From Candidatus Bathyarchaeota archaeon (GTDB lineage Archaea > Thermoproteota > Bathyarchaeia > Bathyarchaeales > Bathycorpusculaceae): 64,000 nt of DNA. The stretch is taken from the NCBI GenBank assembly GCA_963780185.1, contig CAWABA010000006.1, positions 768,001 to 832,000 of the forward strand. Direction: 5' to 3'. The notes below the pieces were generated by a model. That model was not told where the DNA came from. It ran no database searches and saw nothing but the letters and a program-made list of their open reading frames with translations. Both the position numbers and the translations under genes were made by a program. Below, in pieces: positions 58,445 through 64,000 of the stretch (the first letter of the stretch is position 1; every line of letters starts with the position of its first letter).

Positions 58445-60502
58445 TTATTTTCCTTTTTCAGCGATGTGTACGTCGGTGTGAATGAAGTTCTGTTTGTAGG
58501 GCTGGAATTCGGTTCCTGTACCTTTGTAGAATTTAGTGAACCACTCGTAGAAATGCAATCTTAAAGTGTGGATAAACACGATTAATCCTTCAAGCGCAAT
58601 GACGAATATGTTTCCTCCGACGATGATTATGCCGCCGATGATTAAGCTGGCAGTTCCAAAGCCGTTGAGTTGGCCTGCGACTGCATAAGTTGCTTGGCAT
58701 AGTGCCCAGTGAGCCATTAGAAGGGCAAGAATACGGCTGTAAGAGACAGTATTGCTGAGAAAACGTGAAATCAAATCTCCGCTTTCAAAAATGCTTTGCC
58801 CCAACGATCCCTCTTGCTCCGCGGCTCCAGCTTCGCCATGAGTTTCTGCGGAGTGAGCGACACCGGCGTGCGCAGGAGTAGGTTTTGCGACAGCCAAGTA
58901 GGCTGGCTTTGAGATAACCATGAAAATGAACGGAATTACAAGTAGCATCACAGGACCAGGGAACCATGCACCGATGTTTAGCCCGTACGTAACCACTATG
59001 TAGACTCCTCCGCCGTAGAAGGCAAGTTTAGGCAGTGACACTAAGATTGCATCGCTAGGTTTATGCTCAAGCACAAAGTTTGCCATTTCCAAAACTACTC
59101 CTAACGTGATCTGTGCTACACCCACGCAAAGCGCGAATATCAAAAAGTGAAGCACGCTAGATGTTCCTGAAAACGGGTCAAACCATAATGGTCTACCGAA
59201 ACCAAGCACCTGCGCTATTGGTTGGCCAAACAATTCGCCATACAGCAGTCCAGCGATAATGGCTGCGAGACCGCACACTGTTATGATGAATGCCATGTTC
59301 TTGATTGATGATGCTTTTTTAAGTGACAGGTAAACGCCCAATCCGCCTGCGAAAAGGATTAATCCGTGACCGACGTCGCCAAACATCAAACCGAAAAGAA
59401 TCGGGAACGAGATTGCCATAAACGGGGTGGGATCCAGTTCGCTATATCGAGGCAAACCGTAGAGCCTGGTGATTTCTTCGAAGGGCTTTACAAACCTGTT
59501 GTTGCTGATTTTTGTAGGCGACGGTTTAGCTTCGGGTGCTTCGTCCTGCATGATTATTGCTTTGTCGTCTAGGATAGAATGGACTTTTTCGTTGAGTGCA
59601 GCCAAGTTTTTCTTGGGAACGAACCCTACGATGTTTGCGAGTCTTCCTGACTGAACCATTTTTTTCTTGGCGTTCAACTGCGCTAAAGTGTTTTCAACTG
59701 TTTCTTTCCATGCGGGAAGGTTGTTCTTGTTTTCCACGCCCAATTTATGCAGTGATTCTGAGATCGCTTTTTCTTTTTCAGAGTTTTCTTTTAGGCGATT
59801 ATTAACTTCTTTAATTGCATTCTTAGTGTTGCGCGGCAGATCTTTGGGGATTGAAAAAATCTCCGCATGGTGGGCTTTGACGATTTTTTCTACTTCTGTG
59901 CCTTGTTTGCTTGGAACGGCTATGTTTACAAAGTTGGTTTCTTTTGTCAGAATAGAGTGGCTTAGGATAAGCGGGAACTTGGCAAGCTCCGTTTTTAACG
60001 TTTCAAAGTTTTTGTGGGGGACGGATGCCGCTGTGACATGGATTAATTGGAGGTTCTGTATGGCTTCTAGGTCCGCGTGGTTTTCATCAATTATTGTAAG
60101 CATTTTTTTGATGTTGTTAAGCTGGACAGTTTTTTCTTGGAGGCTCGTTAAGGAATTGTTGAATTCGTCAACTTCCTTCTTTAACTGCGAAACTTTTTGT
60201 CCAGTGGATTCCGCGAGGGTTTGCCAGTTTTCAGCCGTAACCTGTGTTCTTGTCGGTTGAAACGTTTTGAAAAGGTCAAATGGGCCTGGTTTTTCTTGGC
60301 TGAGCTGTTTTGTTAATTCGTTAACGTTGGATAGTGACTCTTCAGCTTTTTGGATTTCTTGGTTATACTCGAGGAGGCTAACGTTTTCGTTAGTTTCTTC
60401 GATGTGAAATTCTCCGAAGTTGCTTAACGCTTCCAGTAGTGACTCAGCGTCTTTTTTGACGCAAATTATCGACATTAAAGCCATTCTTTCTGGTCGGAGC
60501 AT
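58445..60502 (-). CDS. atpI: A/V-type ATP synthase subunit I (a)
   Basis: MLRPERM, YGLPRYSELDPTP, FGLMFGDVGHG, SYSRILAL (essential Arg), IHTLRLHFYEWFTKFY. Confidence 0.95.
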   Translation of the reverse strand: MLRPERMALMSIICVKKDAESLLEALSNFGEFHIEETNENVSLLEYNQEIQKAEESLSNVNELTKQLSQEKPGPFDLFKTFQPTRTQVTAENWQTLAESTGQKVSQLKKEVDEFNNSLTSLQEKTVQLNNIKKMLTIIDENHADLEAIQNLQLIHVTAASVPHKNFETLKTELAKFPLILSHSILTKETNFVNIAVPSKQGTEVEKIVKAHHAEIFSIPKDLPRNTKNAIKEVNNRLKENSEKEKAISESLHKLGVENKNNLPAWKETVENTLAQLNAKKKMVQSGRLANIVGFVPKKNLAALNEKVHSILDDKAIIMQDEAPEAKPSPTKISNNRFVKPFEEITRLYGLPRYSELDPTPFMAISFPILFGLMFGDVGHGLILFAGGLGVYLSLKKASSIKNMAFIITVCGLAAIIAGLLYGELFGQPIAQVLGFGRPLWFDPFSGTSSVLHFLIFALCVGVAQITLGVVLEMANFVLEHKPSDAILVSLPKLAFYGGGVYIVVTYGLNIGAWFPGPVMLLVIPFIFMVISKPAYLAVAKPTPAHAGVAHSAETHGEAGAAEQEGSLGQSIFESGDLISRFLSNTVSYSRILALLMAHWALCQATYAVAGQLNGFGTASLIIGGIIIVGGNIFVIALEGLIVFIHTLRLHFYEWFTKFYKGTGTEFQPYKQNFIHTDVHIAEKGK

Positions 60503-60833
60503 AGTACATGCAAAGGGTGGGTTACCTTAGGCATTTAAAGTTAATTCTGCGGAACCCAAATTTAGGAAGGTCTCAGGGTTATAATTGGCGATAAGAAGCT
60601 TGCCGCCTTGAAGAAAGAAGCGAACGTGACCATTTCAAGCTAAGGCTGCTACAAAGTGGAAAAATGATCAAACAAATTCTTAGACATTCATCTTGAGGAG
60701 CCACCGCCCTTACGGCGCTATGTTGCTTTTCGAAAACCTGCCTTGTTTTGAAGTTTTTTACCTTCCTAAAGCGAGCGATTGTGACATGGTACTTTATTAG
60801 GTACTGAATTTTAAGGTTCATTAGGCGAACCTA

Positions 60834-61142
60834 ATGCTTGGTTTCGTTATCGGCGACAACGACATGGTTACGGGTTTCAGGCTTGTCGGCGTTGAAGGCG
60901 TTGAAGCGACCTCCGCTGATGAGGCAGGACAAGCTTTAGACAAAGCGCTAGCACGCACTGACATAGCAATTGTAGTCATAAGCGAGGAATTTTCCACTCA
61001 GCCGCACCTGCATGAGAGGATTGAGAAGATCCGTCGTGAACGTAGAGAACCTTTGATTGTTGAGGTCCCCGGAAGCAAAGGAAAACCAAGTGAAACCCGG
61101 ATGTCGGACCTCATCAGTAAAACTTTAGGTGTAAGAATCTAA
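60834..61142 (+). CDS. atpF: A/V-type ATP synthase subunit F
   Basis: VIGD.D.VTGFRLVGVEG...PLIVEVP. Confidence 0.93.
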   Translation: MLGFVIGDNDMVTGFRLVGVEGVEATSADEAGQALDKALARTDIAIVVISEEFSTQPHLHERIEKIRRERREPLIVEVPGSKGKPSETRMSDLISKTLGVRI

Positions 61143-61158
61143 CAGAAGGGAAACAGAA

Positions 61159-61779
61159 TTGAGCATTAAAGATGGGCTATCGGCGATTGCGAACGAGGTC
61201 TTAGCAGACGTGCAAAAAGAAGCTGTAGCCATCGTTTTAGAAGCTAAAAACCACGCGTGTGAAGCTTTAAGGACAGCTAAGCAGCAAGCAGACAAAAACT
61301 ACCAGGCAATTCTAAGCCAAGCCGTCGCTCGTGCGGAAGCCGAAAAACGAAGGATTGCCTCTGTAACTGAGGTGGAGATGAGGAATTATCTGCTTGAGGC
61401 AAAAGAGGAGCTGGTTGACGCTGCTTTCGAGAAAGCTCTTGTGAGACTTAAGGAATTCGCGGCGACAAAGGACTACCAACGTTATCTGTTAAAGCTCATA
61501 AAAGAGGTTGCTGCAGGACTGGGTCAAAAAAGCCTCGTTATACAAGTTAACGCCAGAGACAAAGTATGGCTCACTCAAGAAGAGTTGAACCATGTGTCTA
61601 AAAGGCTAAATTGCGAATTAAAATTGTTAGACGAAACGGAAGATTTCATCGGAGGCTTTAAAACGCATACGGTGGATGGCAAAATAACTTTTGACAGCAC
61701 CATCGACAACAAGTTGAATGAGTTGAAGCCCCAGTTACGTGTTGAGTTAGCAAAAATTATGTTTAAGGAGGAAAAGTAA
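61159..61779 (+). CDS. atpE: A/V-type ATP synthase subunit E
   Basis: N-terminal coiled coil; IGG.....DGKI.FDSTI..L C-terminal motif. Confidence 0.9.
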   Translation: MSIKDGLSAIANEVLADVQKEAVAIVLEAKNHACEALRTAKQQADKNYQAILSQAVARAEAEKRRIASVTEVEMRNYLLEAKEELVDAAFEKALVRLKEFAATKDYQRYLLKLIKEVAAGLGQKSLVIQVNARDKVWLTQEELNHVSKRLNCELKLLDETEDFIGGFKTHTVDGKITFDSTIDNKLNELKPQLRVELAKIMFKEEK

Positions 61780-61784
61780 GAAAC

Positions 61785-63554
61785 ATGCCCCCTAAAGGAA
61801 GCGTAATTCGAGTTGCAGGACCAGTCGTTGAAGCCAAAGATATGGCTGGAGCAATCATGTATGAATTGGTTGAAGTAGGCAACGAAAACTTGGTCGGCGA
61901 AATCATTCGGTTAGAAGGCGAACATGCCACCATCCAAGTCTACCAGAACACCACCGGACTTAAAGTCGGCGAACCCGTTTCAGGAACCGGAAGTTTGCTT
62001 TCAGTCGAGTTGGCGCCTGGGCTGGTCGGAAACGTTTTTGACGGTATCCAGCGCCCCTTAGAGGTTTTGAGGAAGCTTACAGGGGCGTTTATTAAGCCAG
62101 TGCAGGGTGTGACGCCGCTTGCAAAAGACAAGAAATGGCGTTTCAAGCCTAAAGCTGAAGTTGGCGCGAAACTCGTCGGCGGCGACATCATCGGCACAGT
62201 CGCTGAGACCGATTTGGTTGAGCACCGCATAATGATTCCGCCGCTGATGCGTGGCACCTTGGTCAGTATTGTGTCTGAAGGCGATTTTACGATTACTGAG
62301 CCGATTGCAACCCTTGAGGCGAACGGTGTGAAAACCGACGTCGCAATGCTGCAGAAGTGGCCTGTTAGGAAGTCGCGTCCGTACGGTCGAAGGCTTCCGC
62401 CCTCTGTTCCCTTGATTACTGGGCAGCGGATAATTGACACTTTCTTCCCCATCGCTAAAGGCGGCAGCGCCTCGATCCCAGGCGGATTCGGCACAGGCAA
62501 AACCGTCACTCAGCAGCAGCTTGCCAAATGGTCAGACGCGAAGGTCATAATCTACGTGGGCTGTGGAGAACGCGGCAACGAAATGGTTGACGTGCTGGAG
62601 AGTTTTCCCAAGCTGGTTGACCCCACCACTGGGCACCCGCTTATGGAGCGAACCATTCTGGTGGCTAACACAAGCAACATGCCAGTTTCCGCACGTGAAG
62701 CAAGCATCTACACAGGCATCACCTTGGCTGAATACTACCGTGACATGGGCTACGCAGTGGCTTTGATGGCTGACTCCACCAGCAGATGGGCTGAGGCGCT
62801 ACGTGAAGTTTCAGGAAGGCTCGAAGAAATGCCTGCCGAAGAAGGCTTCCCAAGCTATTTGCCCTCTAGGCTGGCTGAGTTTTACGAGCGAACAGGCGTT
62901 GTTGAAACCTTAGGCGCGGATAAACGCCAGGGCTCAATCTGCGCGATCGGAGCGGTTTCTCCTCCAGGAGGCGACTTCTCAGAGCCTGTCACACAGCACA
63001 CTAAACGTTTCACAAGGGTTTTCTGGGCGCTTGACTCCGAACTGGCTGATGCCAGACATTACCCAGCGATCAATTGGATGCAGAGTTACAGCGGCTACAT
63101 CGCTGAGCTTGAAGGCTGGTGGCATACGCAGGTGGATAAGGACTGGAACACCTACAGGGTTGAAGCGATGCGTATTCTGCAATCGGAAGACGACCTCAAA
63201 AACATCGTTAAACTGGTGGGTCCAGAGGCTTTACCAGACAAGCAACGTTTGATTTTGGAGACGGCGCGGGTTATCCGAATTGCTCTTCTGCAGCAAAACG
63301 CCCTAGACCCCGTGGACACGTACTGTTCTCCGAAAAAACAGTTCAGGATGCTTAAGATTATCGTGGATTTCCATCACTACGCTGACAGGGTCGTAAGCAA
63401 GGGTGCGCCGATTTTCAAGGTAACCCAGATGCCGATCAATGAGGAGATTATGCGTATGAAAACTTCGGTTCCAAATGAGAAAGTAGACGATTTGAACGAT
63501 TTGGAAACCAGAATGCAGAAACGTTTCGAAGAGTTAGAGGCAAGTCTGAGGTAA
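61785..63554 (+). CDS. atpA: A/V-type ATP synthase catalytic subunit A
   Basis: PGGFGTGKT Walker A, GCGERGNEM, ADSTSRWAEALRE, VSPPGGDFSEPVT; no intein. Confidence 0.97.
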   Translation: MPPKGSVIRVAGPVVEAKDMAGAIMYELVEVGNENLVGEIIRLEGEHATIQVYQNTTGLKVGEPVSGTGSLLSVELAPGLVGNVFDGIQRPLEVLRKLTGAFIKPVQGVTPLAKDKKWRFKPKAEVGAKLVGGDIIGTVAETDLVEHRIMIPPLMRGTLVSIVSEGDFTITEPIATLEANGVKTDVAMLQKWPVRKSRPYGRRLPPSVPLITGQRIIDTFFPIAKGGSASIPGGFGTGKTVTQQQLAKWSDAKVIIYVGCGERGNEMVDVLESFPKLVDPTTGHPLMERTILVANTSNMPVSAREASIYTGITLAEYYRDMGYAVALMADSTSRWAEALREVSGRLEEMPAEEGFPSYLPSRLAEFYERTGVVETLGADKRQGSICAIGAVSPPGGDFSEPVTQHTKRFTRVFWALDSELADARHYPAINWMQSYSGYIAELEGWWHTQVDKDWNTYRVEAMRILQSEDDLKNIVKLVGPEALPDKQRLILETARVIRIALLQQNALDPVDTYCSPKKQFRMLKIIVDFHHYADRVVSKGAPIFKVTQMPINEEIMRMKTSVPNEKVDDLNDLETRMQKRFEELEASLR

Positions 63555-63559
63555 AGAAT

Positions 63560-64000
63560 ATGGCAGGTATAGGCTTAGAATATAAAGGAGTCGCTTCGAT
63601 TTCAGGGCCAATTATCATTGTGGAAAACGTGCAGAACGTCGGTTACGATGAACTAGTCGCGGTCAGAGCCCAAACTGGAGAGATACGGCTGGGCAAAGTT
63701 ATTCAGGTAACTCAGAAAGCCGTAACCGTCCAAGTCTTCGAAGGAACCACGGGTCTGTCGCCTTCCGAAACACGCACCCGATTTCTGGGAAAACCGCTGG
63801 AGGTGCCTGTGTCGACTGAGATGCTTGGACGCGTTATGAACAGTTTCGGCGAGCCTATTGATGGTCACCCAAGGTTTTTCAATGAAGAGCGGCGGGACGC
63901 AAACGGGTTTCCGCTGAATCCTACTGCCAGAGAGTACCCGAGCGATTTCATTCAGACAGGCATATCGGCAATTGACGGATTGGACAGCCTTGTGCGTGGT
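63560..64000 (+). CDS. atpB: A/V-type ATP synthase subunit B, N-terminal part (truncated by window edge)
   Basis: Manual translation: MAGIGLEYKGVASISGPIIIVENVQNVGYDELV...VQVFEGTTGL...MLGRV.N..G.PIDG...NP.AREYP.DFIQTGISAIDG. Confidence 0.93.
   Translation, partial: MAGIGLEYKGVASISGPIIIVENVQNVGYDELVAVRAQTGEIRLGKVIQVTQKAVTVQVFEGTTGLSPSETRTRFLGKPLEVPVSTEMLGRVMNSFGEPIDGHPRFFNEERRDANGFPLNPTAREYPSDFIQTGISAIDGLDSLVRG

Noticed and set aside
60503-60833. Missing ATP synthase proteolipid (subunit K) between atpI and atpF
   Set aside because: No hydrophobic hairpin ORF with the conserved Glu; the 80-aa minus ORF looks spurious.

Overview
Archaeal chromosomal window, most likely Bathyarchaeia. The lineage is inferred from the A-type ATP synthase in TACK-like F-E-A-B order, pantoate kinase, deoxyhypusine synthase, a CdvA-like protein, an A1-U72 tRNA-Gln and an expanded set of PE(F/L/Y/S)-TM-anchored surface proteins. 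From left to right: (1) 1-12079, a minus-strand extracellular contractile injection system (eCIS/Afp-like) operon with tube, LysM, split VgrG, PAAR, gp25, two baseplate-J genes, tail-I, an Ig-tipped fibre and an ATPase running off the edge; (2) surface proteins, tRNA-Gln, deoxyhypusine synthase and CoA genes; (3) 27229-34591, the best candidate for an undescribed system: a four-gene module with a single-pass membrane protein, a ~890-aa tubulin/FtsZ-family GTPase carrying a ~440-aa coiled coil inside its C-terminal domain, a second motif-degenerate FtsZ/CetZ-like protein, and a polytopic membrane protein with a large helical tail; (4) a type I R-M island with HEPN and MNT-HEPN genes inserted; (5) a CdvA-like protein with an acidic repeat tail, PadR, tRNA-Lys, HtrA, VapBC, MMPL and an NHL protein; (6) A-type ATP synthase genes with atpI on the opposite strand. 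Several shared promoter motifs and 10-11-bp-phased repeat arrays are visible. About 15 single-base frameshifts, including in housekeeping genes, look like assembly errors, so the affected genes were rejoined by eye. All family assignments come from motif recognition; no database searches were run.
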